From: an uncultured Fibrobacteria bacterium
GTDB taxonomy: Bacteria; Fibrobacterota; Fibrobacteria; UBA11236
Direction: 5' to 3'
NCBI GenBank assembly: GCA_963716395.1
Contig: OY970309.1
Span: 1,952,001-2,016,000 of the forward strand
Length of the DNA stretch: 64,000 nt
Shown piece after piece: positions 21,931 through 34,703 of the stretch. Each line of letters begins with the position of its first letter. Position 1 is the first letter of the stretch. Under the pieces are notes generated by a model. The model did no database searches and was not told the origin of the DNA. It saw only the letters and a list, made by a program, of their open reading frames with translations. Made by a program: the position numbers and the translations under genes.

Positions 21931-24900
21931 ATGCGTTTCGAACGAAAGTTTATCCCGGCAGATCAAAACCCCTATGACGCGGTCCAGTATGCGTGGCGCA
22001 AATCGCAGGTGCGGGCCTTGGATTCTTCGGCCGCATCGGCGGCCCTGGAAGTTGAAGTGCCCGAAGCCTGGTCGCAAACCGCCACCGACATCCTGGCGCA
22101 AAAGTATCTCCGCCGCCGCGACGTGCCGGCTACGCCCGGCTCGGAAAAAGCCGCAACCGGCGGCGAGAACAGCGTGCGCCAGGTGGTGGACCGCCTGGTG
22201 GGATGCTGGCGCCATTGGGGCGACAAACTCGGCTATTTCGACACCCCGGGGGATGCCCAGAATTTCTACGACGACTTGGCGGTCATGCTGCTCAAGCAAA
22301 TGGCGGCGCCCAATTCGCCGCAATGGTTCAACACCGGCCTGAACTGGAAGTACGGCATCACCGGCTCGGCGCAGGGCCATTACTACGTCGATCCCGCCGA
22401 CAACCAAGTCAAGCAGTCGGCCGACGCCTATACGCGCCCCCAACCGCATGCCTGCTTCATCCAGTCGGTCGACGATGATTTGCTGGGCGAGAACGGCATC
22501 TATTCGCTGCTGCAGCGCGAAGGGCGCATTTTCAAATACGGTTCCGGCACCGGTACCAATTTCAGCGCCGTGCGTTCGGCCGGCGAGCATTTGGGCGGCG
22601 GCGGCGTATCGTCGGGCCTGATGTCTTTTCTCAAGGTGTTCGACCGCGCCGCGGGCGCCATCAAATCTGGCGGCACCACGCGGCGCGCCGCCAAGATGGT
22701 GTGCCTCGATCTCGACCATCCCGAAATCGAAGACTTCATTTCCTGGAAAAGCCGCGAAGAGGAAAAGGTGGCGGCGATGCTGGCGGGATCGGCCGTGCTC
22801 AAGGCCGGCGAGCAGGCCATGCACAAATTGGGCCGCGATGCCGGCAATCCGGCGACTTCAGGCGCGGCCTTCGTGCCCGAGGCCGTATGGGAGCGCGCGC
22901 GCGCGCTGATCAATCAGGGCATTCCCGTGGGCGACCGCGAAGTGTTCGAAGCCCATTTCGAGGGCGAAGCCTATGTCACGGTGAGCGGTCAGAACTCAAA
23001 CAACTCGGTGCGCGTGCCCAACGTCTTTCTCGACGCCGTCGACGCCGACAGCGACTGGCAGCTTTTGGGCCGCGTGGAGCGCAAGGTGCTGAAGACGGTG
23101 AAGGCGCGGGCCCTGTGGGAGCGCATCGGCCGCTCGGCCTGGGACTGCGCCGATCCCGGCGTGCAATACGACGACATCATCAATGAATGGCATACCTGCC
23201 CGGCCGACGGCCGCATCCGCGCGTCCAACCCCTGCTCGGAATACATGTTTCTCGATGACACGGCCTGCAACCTGGCTTCGCTCAACCTGGTGGCCTTTCA
23301 GAAAGAAGACGGCACGCTCGACCTCGAGACTTTTTCCCATGCCGTGCGCCTGTGGACCGTGGTGCTCGACATCTCGGTGGGCATGGCGCAATTTCCGTCG
23401 CCGGCCATCGCGCGCAAGTCCTACGATTACCGCACGTTGGGACTCGGCTACGCCAACCTCGGCGCTTTTCTCATGCGTGCGGGCATTCCCTACGATTCCC
23501 GCGCGGCGGCCGATTGGACGCAAACCATCACCGCCCTTTTGGGCGGCGAATCCTATGCCGCTTCGGCGGAAATGGCCGGGGCCCTGGGGTCATTTCCCCG
23601 CTTCACGGCCAACCGCGACGCCATGCTGCGCGTGATCCGCAACCACGAACGCGCGGCCCGGGCCGCGTCGGTTTCGGAATACGAAGGGCTGTCGGTGATT
23701 CCGCGCGGACTCGCCGGCGAGTTCGCCCCCGAATCCATGGTCGCCGCGGCGCGCGAGGCCTGGGAACGCGCTTTGATCCTCGGCGCCAACCACGGCTTCC
23801 GCAACGCGCAGGTTACCGTGCTGGCTCCCACGGGCACCATCGGCCTCATCATGGATTGCGACACCACCGGCATCGAGCCCGACTTCGCCATGGTGAAGTT
23901 CAAGAAGCTGGCCGGCGGGGGCTATTTCAAAATCGTCAACCGTTCGCTGCCCGTGGCCATGCGCCGCCTTGGCTATGCGGCCAACGAAACCGACGCCATC
24001 GAACGCTATTGCCTGGGCAGCGGCAGCCTCGAAGGCGCGCCCCATGTGAACCGCGCCACGCTGTCCGAACGCGGTTTCACCGAAGAGGTGATCCGCAAGG
24101 TCGAAAAGGCGCTGCCGATGGCGCTGTCGCTGGAAGACGCCTTTCATCCCCACCTGTTGGGACGTGAATTTCTGCAGAGCCTGGGACTGCGGCCCGAAGC
24201 GGTCGAAGGAGACGGCTACGACGTGCTTGAAACCCTGGGCTTTTCCCCGGAGCACATCGAAGAGGCCGATCGCACCATCTGCGGGGCGCAAACCGTCGAA
24301 GGAGCGCCCTTTCTCAAGCCCGAGCATTACGCCATATTCGACTGCGCCAGCAAATGCGGCAAAGGCGTGCGCTCCATCGCGCCCTTGGGCCATTTGCGCA
24401 TCATGGCCGCGGCGCAGCCGTTCATCTCGGGCGCCATTTCCAAAACCGTGAATCTGCCCAATGAAGCCACGGTGGCCGACATGCTCGGCATTTACCGCGA
24501 AGGCCATCAAGGCATGCTCAAAGCCATTTCGGTGTACCGCGACGGATGCAAGATGTCGCAACCGCTCAACGTCAAGAAAACGCGGCAGAAGGCGGCACCG
24601 GCGGTGGCGGCGCCGCGGGCGGTCGAAAACGTCTGGGAGTCATCGGTGCCGGCTTCGGCACGCCAGCCGCGTCCGGTGCGGCGGCGATTGCCCACCCGAC
24701 GCGGCGGCTTTGTACAGGAAGTCACGGTCGGCGGGCACAAGCTCTTTTTGCGCACGGGCGAATACCCCGACGGCACCTTGGGTGAAATTTTCATCGACAT
24801 GTACAAGGAGGGCGCGGGCTATCGCGGCATTTTGAACTGCTTCGCGGTGCTGACCTCCAAGGCGCTGCAATACGGTATTCCGCTGGAAGAACTGGTCGAC

Positions 24901-25311
24901 ACTTTCACCTTCACGCGCTTCGAACCCGCGGGTCCGGTGGGGGGCCACGCCAACATCAAGAATTGCACCTCGCTGCTCGATCTGATTTTCCGTACGCTGG
25001 GACTTTCCTATCTCGGGCAAACGGATTTCGTGCACGTGAAACCCGTCGACGCTCCGGGAGCGCGCGGGGCGGCCGGACCGGCTCCGGAATCCGGCGAAGC
25101 GTCGGGTGCAGGCGACGAAAACGTACCCGCGGTTTCTCCGCTGGCCCGTCCGGGGCAGACCTTTGCGGGCACGCATAGCGAAGCGGCCCACCTGTCGCGC
25201 CGGGCCGGGTATACGGGCGACGGATGCTCTTCCTGCGGATCGATGCGGGTGCGCCGCAACGGCACTTGCGTGGTCTGCGAAGACTGCGGCACCACCAGCG
25301 GCTGTTCCTGA
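21931..25311 (+). CDS. nrdJ: Class II (adenosylcobalamin-dependent) ribonucleotide reductase
   Basis: PNSPQWFN, QPHACFI, KSGGTTRRAAKM, SNPCSEY, APTGTI, ISKTVN; C-terminal TSCPD-like domain and Zn ribbon. Confidence 0.97.
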   Translation: MRFERKFIPADQNPYDAVQYAWRKSQVRALDSSAASAALEVEVPEAWSQTATDILAQKYLRRRDVPATPGSEKAATGGENSVRQVVDRLVGCWRHWGDKLGYFDTPGDAQNFYDDLAVMLLKQMAAPNSPQWFNTGLNWKYGITGSAQGHYYVDPADNQVKQSADAYTRPQPHACFIQSVDDDLLGENGIYSLLQREGRIFKYGSGTGTNFSAVRSAGEHLGGGGVSSGLMSFLKVFDRAAGAIKSGGTTRRAAKMVCLDLDHPEIEDFISWKSREEEKVAAMLAGSAVLKAGEQAMHKLGRDAGNPATSGAAFVPEAVWERARALINQGIPVGDREVFEAHFEGEAYVTVSGQNSNNSVRVPNVFLDAVDADSDWQLLGRVERKVLKTVKARALWERIGRSAWDCADPGVQYDDIINEWHTCPADGRIRASNPCSEYMFLDDTACNLASLNLVAFQKEDGTLDLETFSHAVRLWTVVLDISVGMAQFPSPAIARKSYDYRTLGLGYANLGAFLMRAGIPYDSRAAADWTQTITALLGGESYAASAEMAGALGSFPRFTANRDAMLRVIRNHERAARAASVSEYEGLSVIPRGLAGEFAPESMVAAAREAWERALILGANHGFRNAQVTVLAPTGTIGLIMDCDTTGIEPDFAMVKFKKLAGGGYFKIVNRSLPVAMRRLGYAANETDAIERYCLGSGSLEGAPHVNRATLSERGFTEEVIRKVEKALPMALSLEDAFHPHLLGREFLQSLGLRPEAVEGDGYDVLETLGFSPEHIEEADRTICGAQTVEGAPFLKPEHYAIFDCASKCGKGVRSIAPLGHLRIMAAAQPFISGAISKTVNLPNEATVADMLGIYREGHQGMLKAISVYRDGCKMSQPLNVKKTRQKAAPAVAAPRAVENVWESSVPASARQPRPVRRRLPTRRGGFVQEVTVGGHKLFLRTGEYPDGTLGEIFIDMYKEGAGYRGILNCFAVLTSKALQYGIPLEELVDTFTFTRFEPAGPVGGHANIKNCTSLLDLIFRTLGLSYLGQTDFVHVKPVDAPGARGAAGPAPESGEASGAGDENVPAVSPLARPGQTFAGTHSEAAHLSRRAGYTGDGCSSCGSMRVRRNGTCVVCEDCGTTSGCS

Positions 25312-25340
25312 AGCTTTCGCGGTTGTTTGAGGACGATTCC

Positions 25341-25375
25341 CGCCGCCTTGTAGCTTCAAGGCGGCGTTTTTATTC
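25341..25375 (+). terminator. Intrinsic terminator after nrdJ
   Basis: CGCCGCCTTG-TAGCTT-CAAGGCGGCG followed by TTTTT. Confidence 0.85.
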
Positions 25376-25402
25376 CGATAAACATGTCAGAGGTGGAATC
25401 CC

Positions 25403-26053
25403 ATGTCGCTTGCGATCGATACCAGCCAGGTTTCTTCCCCCGATACCACCGCATCTTCGGGCCAAGTCACTTTTGCCGGCGTGCAGACCCTGGCCGCGGA
25501 TCAGATCACGGCCTTGCTGCCCTCAAGTACTCCGGCCGCGGTGTACACGCCATCGCAGTTGTATAATGCGGTGAGCTACCAGGCTTTCGGCGCAATGGGC
25601 GGCAGCGGAAGCATCGCCTACCAGGATTACCTTCAGGCCACCGAAGCCGCGTCCGCTTCCACGACCGCGACGGATTCTACCTCCACCGCCGACCCGACTT
25701 CGGATCCCACCGCTGCCGATGGTACCGCTTCCGATACGACTTCAGACATTACGTCCAACACGACTTCCGACCCCGCCACCGATACCACGTCCGATCCCAC
25801 CGCGGAGGCCACGAGTTCCACTGCGGTTTCCGACAGCTCGACGAGCACCAATTCTTCTGGTGTGGATTCGTCGGCCAATCCGGCCAATATGACCGACGAG
25901 CTTTTGCAAGAAGCCGGGTGGACGGCGCCGGCCGCGAATCCCTATCAGGTGACCACGGATTTTTTCGCCGACCAAACTCAGATTCCCGCGGCCAATGCTT
26001 ACGGCTCCACCACGACGCAGGATTTGGGTCAGGTTTACAACGCCCTGGTGTAA
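25403..26053 (+). CDS. Acidic low-complexity Ser/Thr/Asp/Ala-rich hypothetical protein
   Basis: 216-aa ORF with GAGGTGG upstream and TSDP repeats. It contains no K, R, H or C. Confidence 0.7.
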   Translation: MSLAIDTSQVSSPDTTASSGQVTFAGVQTLAADQITALLPSSTPAAVYTPSQLYNAVSYQAFGAMGGSGSIAYQDYLQATEAASASTTATDSTSTADPTSDPTAADGTASDTTSDITSNTTSDPATDTTSDPTAEATSSTAVSDSSTSTNSSGVDSSANPANMTDELLQEAGWTAPAANPYQVTTDFFADQTQIPAANAYGSTTTQDLGQVYNALV

Positions 26054-26192
26054 AGGGAAAACCCCTCATCCTCGCTGGTCCGTCTCGAACCGACGAGGCC
26101 CGCGCCTGCTTCCCGCGCCCACCGATGGACGTCGAAGGCCAAGGCGGAAGTTTGGCTCGCTCGGCGGGCGTTGCCCACCGCCCGCAATCGGT

Positions 26193-26540
26193 TCAATCGT
26201 TGAGTTCGGAGCGGCGTTCCGCGGAGATGAAATCCTCATCGGGCGCATCGGTGCGGGCGCCGAGATGGCGCAAAAGCCGCATGGCTTCGAGACGCCCGTT
26301 GGAGGAGGCGGCCAAATACGGCGTCCAACCTTCGGCGTTATGGCTGTTGATGTCGGCGCCATCTTTGATCAGGCGTTCCATCTCATCGACCTGGCCTTTT
26401 CCGGAAGCTTCGATCAACAAGTTGTTCTTGGAAGATTGCGGCAGCACGGAACAAGCCGAGAGCGCGGCGCCACTGCAGATCAGCGCCGCGGCTAAAAAGG
26501 CGGAGGGGCTTTTGCAAGCGGAGCTTGCCGTCCGCGCCAT
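26193..26540 (-). CDS. Small ankyrin-repeat lipoprotein
   Basis: Lipobox LSAC, then LIEASGKG...LIKDGADIN...GWTPYLAASSNG...LL..GA. Confidence 0.8.
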   Translation of the reverse strand: MARTASSACKSPSAFLAAALICSGAALSACSVLPQSSKNNLLIEASGKGQVDEMERLIKDGADINSHNAEGWTPYLAASSNGRLEAMRLLRHLGARTDAPDEDFISAERRSELND

Positions 26541-26771
26541 GTCGTAGAACCGTCGCAAGTCACGCAGATATTTCAAAGACACCAACCCCTCTTATTTCCG
26601 TTGACGACCTCCCAGGCTAGGCGTCGCGAACGAAACAGTAAGGTTATGGTATCTGATTCGATCTTCACCCGGGGGTCAAATTTTTGTTTTCGCAATTGGG
26701 GTCCATTGAGGAAACGATTCTTTGGCCGCACTTTTTTTTGCTTTTTGGGTGTGCTAAAATCTTTTTCACCC

Positions 26772-27131
26772 ATGGCGATTCACAAGGCCTTGAACAAGGC
26801 GGCGCTCATCAATCTGTACAATATCGGCGGCAAGGAATTGGTCGTGAGACTGATCGATCGGTTCGTGCAAGCAACGCCGTCGCGCCTCGAAACCGCGCAG
26901 TCCTGCGCAGCGCGGCAGGATTGGCGCGCGCTGCATCTGGTGGCGCATTCGCTCAAGGCCACCTCGGCCAATGTGGGCGCGGATCGATTTCGCAACCTGG
27001 CCGAAAAGCTGGAAGATCTGGCCGGCTTGGGCCGCGGCGAGCAGATGGAATCGGCGCTGGAAGAGTTGGAAACGGAGTTTCGCGCCGCCGAGATCGGGCT
27101 TCGCCACGAACGTCTGGAATGGCAGACCTGA
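26772..27131 (+). CDS. Stand-alone Hpt (histidine phosphotransfer) protein
   Basis: AHSLKATSANVGA Hpt motif. TGCTAAAAT upstream. Confidence 0.88.
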   Translation: MAIHKALNKAALINLYNIGGKELVVRLIDRFVQATPSRLETAQSCAARQDWRALHLVAHSLKATSANVGADRFRNLAEKLEDLAGLGRGEQMESALEELETEFRAAEIGLRHERLEWQT

Positions 27132-27168
27132 CGGTTTTTCCCGTTTCCGGTTTTATTAATCTTGCAAA

Positions 27169-27971
27169 GTGTCGTCCAGGAATTTCCGGGCTTTTCATTT
27201 CGCGCAGGACCATGCCTCCGAGGTGCAGGAATGGGTGGTCGAGGAAGGGCCGCTGCAACTTCGCGTCAACGGCGCTCCCTTTACCGTCACGCTCCGCACA
27301 CCCGGGGCCGATCGCGAGTTGGCGTTGGGGCTGCTTTTTTCCGAAGGGCTCGTGGAAACCCCCGATGATTTGATTTCACTGGAGGCCGAACCGGATCAAA
27401 ACGGGGCCGCGGTTTGGGCCGCGACGGTGAAGCACCAACCCGCGCCCAAGGAATTTTCCGCGCGCTCCCTGGCCTCGACCTCCTCCTGCGGGTTGTGCGG
27501 AAAGACGGAATGGGAAGCGCCGGTTCCGGATCAGGGCCGCGGGGGATTTTCGGAAACGCGGTTTCTGCGCACCCAGCTGGCCAAGTGCTTCGCAGAAATG
27601 GGATCGCGGCAAATCCTTTTCGATCGCACCGGGGGCAGCCATGCCGCGGCCATCTTTTCCGCAGCCGGAGATCTGCTGGCCATGGGCGAAGATGCCGGGC
27701 GCCACAACGCCGTGGACAAGGCCGTGGGTGATTTGTGGTTCCGGGAAGGGCTTCGGCAAGGGGCGCTGCTGTGCGTCAGCGGCCGGGTGTCCTATGAAAT
27801 CGCCGCCAAGGCGCGGCGCGCGGGGCTCGGCTTTCTGGCGGCGGTGTCCGCGCCCTCGTCCATGGCGGTGGAATTTTGCCGCGCGGCGGGGATGGTGTTG
27901 ATGGGATTTTGCCGGGGCGACAAGGCCACGGTGTATTCCCACGCCGAGCGGCTGGCGGAGGAACCCGTAAC

Positions 27972-27975
<4 letters not shown>
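27169..27975 (+). CDS. fdhD: Formate dehydrogenase accessory sulfurtransferase
   Basis: EEGPL, RTPG.D.ELA.G.L.SEG, SSCGLCG, TGGSHAA, EDAGRHNAVDK, SAPSS. Confidence 0.93.
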
Positions 27976-30209
<2,234 letters not shown>

Positions 30210-30219
30210 AATCGAGTGG

Positions 30220-31464
30220 TCATTCATGCACTGCGGAATCGAGCGCGGCCACGAGGTCGCCCGGCGTCAGCACTTGGGGTAGAATCCGATAGGCGGAACT
30301 GTGGCCGGAATAGAGCACGTAGAGCGGAATGCTGCTGCGGCCATACCCCGCCAGCGCCTCGGCAATGGCCGAATCACCGTTGGTCCAATCGGCTTTGAGC
30401 GCGGCGACGCCCTTGTCGGCGAAGCTCCGGGCCACCTCGGGCCGCGACAGCGCCACCTTTTCGTTCACCTTGCAACTGATGCACCAGTCGGCCGTGAAGT
30501 CGATGAACACGGGCTGATGGCCGCCGAGCAATTGCGCCAGCCGGTCGGCGGAAAACGGCTGCCAGTCGATGCCGCCCGGGTTCGGCGCCGCGACGCGCAG
30601 ACCCGCGCCCGCGGGAAGCCGGCGCGCCTCATGCAAGGTGAGCATCAAGGCCGGTACGAAGATCAGCAATGCCACCAGGGCGGCGGTGAGACGGATGTGG
30701 CCGGGGTGGTGCAGCACCATCCATTTGCCGAGCACCCAGGCGCTTAAACCCGCGGCCAGCAGCATGGCGAGCAAGGCGGCCATGGAATCGACGCCGGTTT
30801 GCCGCCCGAACACCCAGGCCAGCCAAATCACGGTGGCGAGCATGGGGAAGCCCAAGAATTGTTTGAGGTGGTTCATCCATGGGCCGGGCTTGGGCAGAAA
30901 GCGCAGCCATTTCGGAAACGCGGAGAGCAGGAGATAGGGAAAGGCGACGCCCAAGGCCAGGGCCGTGAACGTCAATAGCCCCACGGCGGCGGATTGGGTG
31001 AAGGCATAGGCCAAAGCCGAACCCATGAAGGGCCCGGTGCAAGGCGTGGCCACCAAGGTGGCGGTGACGCCGGCAAAAAACGATCCGCCAAAGCCCTTGC
31101 GTTCGCCGCCGGGGGGTAGACGTGTGAAGAGATAACCGACTTCGAACACGCCGAACAAATGCAGGCTGAAAAAGAAAAGCAGCGCCGCCAGTACGATGAC
31201 GAAGGCGGGCGATTGCAATTGATAGCCCCAGCCGAGCTGGTGCCCGCCCCGCCGCAGCAACAGCAGCAATCCCGCCAGTATCCAGAAGGAAATCAAGGTG
31301 CCGGCCGTGAAGGCCAGGCCATGGGCGAATACGTGACCGCGCTTACGTCCCGCACGTTGGACGAAGTCGAAAATCTTCAGGGACAACACCGGCAACACGC
31401 AGGGCATGAGATTGAGAATCATGCCTCCGAAAAAGGCGAGGGCCAAAGCGGCGGGCAGATGCAT
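30220..31464 (-). CDS. dsbD: Thiol:disulfide interchange protein, DsbD-like (TM + thioredoxin, no N-terminal domain)
   Basis: LNLMPCVLP, ATPCTGP, PKPGPWM, DFTADWCISCK. Confidence 0.85.
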   Translation of the reverse strand: MHLPAALALAFFGGMILNLMPCVLPVLSLKIFDFVQRAGRKRGHVFAHGLAFTAGTLISFWILAGLLLLLRRGGHQLGWGYQLQSPAFVIVLAALLFFFSLHLFGVFEVGYLFTRLPPGGERKGFGGSFFAGVTATLVATPCTGPFMGSALAYAFTQSAAVGLLTFTALALGVAFPYLLLSAFPKWLRFLPKPGPWMNHLKQFLGFPMLATVIWLAWVFGRQTGVDSMAALLAMLLAAGLSAWVLGKWMVLHHPGHIRLTAALVALLIFVPALMLTLHEARRLPAGAGLRVAAPNPGGIDWQPFSADRLAQLLGGHQPVFIDFTADWCISCKVNEKVALSRPEVARSFADKGVAALKADWTNGDSAIAEALAGYGRSSIPLYVLYSGHSSAYRILPQVLTPGDLVAALDSAVHE

Positions 31465-31859
31465 GCCGATAATATACCCGCCGGGTGCGGGTTTCCTGCG
31501 GGTCGGTTGCAGGGCTGCCCGCCGAATGCTGCGCCGACGCGGCGCGGCTGTCTTCCGCTGCGCGGAATGGGCGACGGCGCCGGGTGGGGCTTCGGAAGCG
31601 TCTCCACGCGATGGGTTCGCGCTTGGCGGCGTGCCGGAGCGGTCGCCGGGCTGTTCTTTCTGGCCCTAACCCTGGCCGCCGGATTTTTGCCGACGCGAAT
31701 TTTGGGATAGCTTCGGCTACAAAGACAACGAGTCCGCAATTAGTACCACGAGTATAAGGCCGAAAAATTGACTTGCCTTTATATTAAGTGCCCAAAAACC
31801 ATGTCGGGGTTGCCGGTTTGCGATCGTTCATTATTACGAAAGGAAAGGAAAGCATAAAG

Positions 31860-33011
31860 ATGAAAGCCGCCTTAAAAAATTGCAGTGTATCCGCAGGTCT
31901 CGCCTTGCTGACGGCTTCCCTCTTGGCCGTGAAGGCGTTTTCGCAAGACCCCAACTTCTATATCTTCCTGGCCTTCGGCCAATCCAACATGGAAGGGTAT
32001 CCGGATCAGCAGGAGCACCAGGATTCGATCAATATTCCCGCCCGTTTCCAGACCATGCCTGCGGTCGATTGGCCGGACGGCAGCCGTACCGAGGGCACCT
32101 GGACCGCGGCCGTTCCGCCGCTGTGCCGGAATACCACCGGGCTATGCCCCTGCGATTACTTTGGCCGAACCTTGGCCGACAGTCTTCCCTCCACTATCAA
32201 AATCGGCATCATCAACGTGGCCGTGGCGGGGTGCCAGATCGAAATGTTCGATAAAAACCTGTATCAAACCTATTTGAATCAGCCTTCGACGGCGAGTTGG
32301 TTGGTGGCGATCGCCGACCTCTACGGCGGCAACCCCTATCAACGCCTGGTGGACGTGGCCAAGATGGCCCAGAAAGACGGTGTGATCAAAGGCATTCTCA
32401 TGCATCAAGGAGAGTCCGGCTCGATGACGGGCCAGTGGGCCAGCGAGGTCTCGATTGTCTACCACGACTTGATCCAGGATTTGGGTCTTGATTCCACCAA
32501 AGTGCCGCTGCTCGCCGGTGATTTCACCAACCCCAATCCGGGGTCTCCCTCCATGGTCTGGGGGCTTCCCAAGGTGATCAAAAACTGTTACGTGATTTCT
32601 TCGCTGGGTGATTCGGTAAACAGTACCGGAATCCATTTCAGCGCCTCGGGTTATCGCAAGTTAGGGACAAGCTATGGCGACAGCATGCTTGTGGCTTTCC
32701 GGAAGCTGGGAACCGGACCGACAGGAATCGCCGCAAGCGGGAACACTATCGGTTATGCCATCAAGAATTTCGTGGCCGTGGGACCCGGGAAGGATTTGAT
32801 CTCCTTCGAAATCCCCCGGAGCGCTTTTGTCACGCTCAGCGCCTACACCTTGGCCGGTAGGGAAATCGGTCCCTTGGCCCGCTCCGAATTTTCAGCGGGC
32901 GAACATAGCGTTACCATAGGCGCGAATGCCATGCCGCCGGGTGAAATCGTTCTCAAGCTCACGTCGGGCCCCAATTCGGCGACCCGGACCATCCTGGCGA
33001 CCGAGCGTTAA
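31860..33011 (+). CDS. Secreted carbohydrate esterase CE6/SASA (acetylxylan esterase-like) with C-terminal sorting domain
   Basis: FGQSNMEG, GILMHQGES, HFSASGY; signal peptide; tail containing YTLAGREI. Confidence 0.88.
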   Translation: MKAALKNCSVSAGLALLTASLLAVKAFSQDPNFYIFLAFGQSNMEGYPDQQEHQDSINIPARFQTMPAVDWPDGSRTEGTWTAAVPPLCRNTTGLCPCDYFGRTLADSLPSTIKIGIINVAVAGCQIEMFDKNLYQTYLNQPSTASWLVAIADLYGGNPYQRLVDVAKMAQKDGVIKGILMHQGESGSMTGQWASEVSIVYHDLIQDLGLDSTKVPLLAGDFTNPNPGSPSMVWGLPKVIKNCYVISSLGDSVNSTGIHFSASGYRKLGTSYGDSMLVAFRKLGTGPTGIAASGNTIGYAIKNFVAVGPGKDLISFEIPRSAFVTLSAYTLAGREIGPLARSEFSAGEHSVTIGANAMPPGEIVLKLTSGPNSATRTILATER

Positions 33012-33012
33012 G

Positions 33013-34635
33013 TTAAGGCGAACCCAACCCCTGGCTGTGACGAATCGCAGCCTGTAACAAAAAGGCCAAATTCTTGTCGTCGGGTTCATGCGCCGCGGCC
33101 ACTTGAAGATGGGGGATCGCGTCGTCGATTCTTCCCTGCGTTAACAGCAAGGTTCCCAGGTGATCCTGGGTTTTAAAATCCCCGGGATCCAGCCGCACCG
33201 CCTGGAAATAATGGTTCAGGGCCAACGCCTTTTCCCCGAAGTGGAAATAAATATCGCCGGCCATCACATGCGCCGGTTCAAAATCCGGATTGATCGCGGC
33301 CACTTTTTCAAAATTCTCCGCCGCGCTTTGATAATCCCCGGTGGATTTCTCCATCAACCCCAGAACGAAATTGACCTGCCAACTTTTCGGCAGGATTTTC
33401 GCCATATTCCGGTATTGATCCATCAGGGGCATGCCTTTTCCGCGGTACTCCGAAACGCCCAGCCAGGTAACGGGAATAACGAAAAGCAGCCATTTCCATC
33501 CGGATACGGCCAGCCATTTCGGAAAACCGGATGAACCCGATCGGCGCAGCGGACGGGAGGGTTTTTTTTCGATTCCCAACCCCTGGCGAAAATCGCCTTC
33601 GCGCACGCGCCAGATGAATCCGTCGAAATAAAAATGGAGCAGGGCCGAGGCCACGAATAAACCGGTCCAGAAGGGAATCAGGCTCGTTCCCGCCTGAAGC
33701 AGATTCGGGGCCTGAACCCGGGCGTAATCCGCCAATTGGCCGAGATATCCATATCCCAGCACCAGCAAGGCATAGAAGCCGATTTTCCAGGCCGCGGGTT
33801 GAAACAGAAATTTCTCCACGGAACTCGCCGTGATGCCCTGCGCTACGCGCCGCTGATTATAAACCCAGACCAAGGTGTTGTACTGGACATCGTGAAAAAT
33901 TTCGAACAACACCAAGGCCACGAGCAGGTTATCTACGTACACCATGGCGAACCACCAGAAGCCGAAGCTGGAAACCATGGCCAGATACTTCACCGGATTG
34001 GGCGCGCGGCCCGCCCGGGTTTGCCTCCAGGCGTTGACACCAAAGGCAATGGTGGTTCCCACCGTCAGCACGTCCCAGGCCTGGCGAAAAAGCTGGAAGG
34101 CTGCGGGAGAGACGGAAGGTCCGCCCGCGGCATAGAAAAACGAGAAGGCGGCGATCATGCGGATGGAGGAGTGCCACACGCCGGCGCCGAACCAGCCAAG
34201 ACACATGGCCCAATCCAGCCAGGCCGTGGCGGGGGAGAAGGAGCCCACCTTTGCGTCATAGATCCGCAGGAAGCCGTTGATCTGCATGGCGCCATGCCAT
34301 GCGCCCCAAAACAACAGAATCAGTTTAAGGCTTTGCAGGTGGTAGGCGGAAAACAGCACACAGGTGCCGATCACAAAAATGGGCGCAAGCAGGAAGCGGG
34401 TCCGGAACCGCCGGAACAGGACGGGATCGGTGTACGCGCGGATGAAGCCCGGCAAGTGATGGCCGATGCCACCCACGGTCAGAATGGCGGCGCCGAAAAT
34501 CGCCATGTCGAAGCGTGCTTTGGCCATCCACAGCAGCGGAATAATCCACAGGGGTGCCAGCACGAACAGGGACAGGTCGCGCGCGGGCCCCAGAATCCAA
34601 AGGCTTTTTGCCGGTGTCGTCGTGGAAACGGCCAT
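33013..34635 (-). CDS. Multi-pass membrane protein with conserved His motifs and C-terminal TPRs
   Basis: Many TM segments with GHH, WHGAMQ..GF, FHDVQY and HFYFDGFIW, followed by about four TPR-like repeats. Confidence 0.8.
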   Translation of the reverse strand: MAVSTTTPAKSLWILGPARDLSLFVLAPLWIIPLLWMAKARFDMAIFGAAILTVGGIGHHLPGFIRAYTDPVLFRRFRTRFLLAPIFVIGTCVLFSAYHLQSLKLILLFWGAWHGAMQINGFLRIYDAKVGSFSPATAWLDWAMCLGWFGAGVWHSSIRMIAAFSFFYAAGGPSVSPAAFQLFRQAWDVLTVGTTIAFGVNAWRQTRAGRAPNPVKYLAMVSSFGFWWFAMVYVDNLLVALVLFEIFHDVQYNTLVWVYNQRRVAQGITASSVEKFLFQPAAWKIGFYALLVLGYGYLGQLADYARVQAPNLLQAGTSLIPFWTGLFVASALLHFYFDGFIWRVREGDFRQGLGIEKKPSRPLRRSGSSGFPKWLAVSGWKWLLFVIPVTWLGVSEYRGKGMPLMDQYRNMAKILPKSWQVNFVLGLMEKSTGDYQSAAENFEKVAAINPDFEPAHVMAGDIYFHFGEKALALNHYFQAVRLDPGDFKTQDHLGTLLLTQGRIDDAIPHLQVAAAHEPDDKNLAFLLQAAIRHSQGLGSP

Positions 34636-34703
34636 AGGTTTATTATCTCGCGTCGCAGTGCCGGTTATCGCCAGGCTGGGTCATGGAGGAATGCGACAGT
34701 ATA

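Noticed and set aside
21931-25311. Intein or intron in the long nrdJ gene
   Set aside because: The motifs are contiguous, with no intein splice-junction or LAGLIDADG signature. The length is explained by the C-terminal domains.
31567-31710. 47-aa ORF with one hydrophobic segment
   Set aside because: No ribosome-binding or promoter support and no recognisable family; could be chance or a gene remnant.
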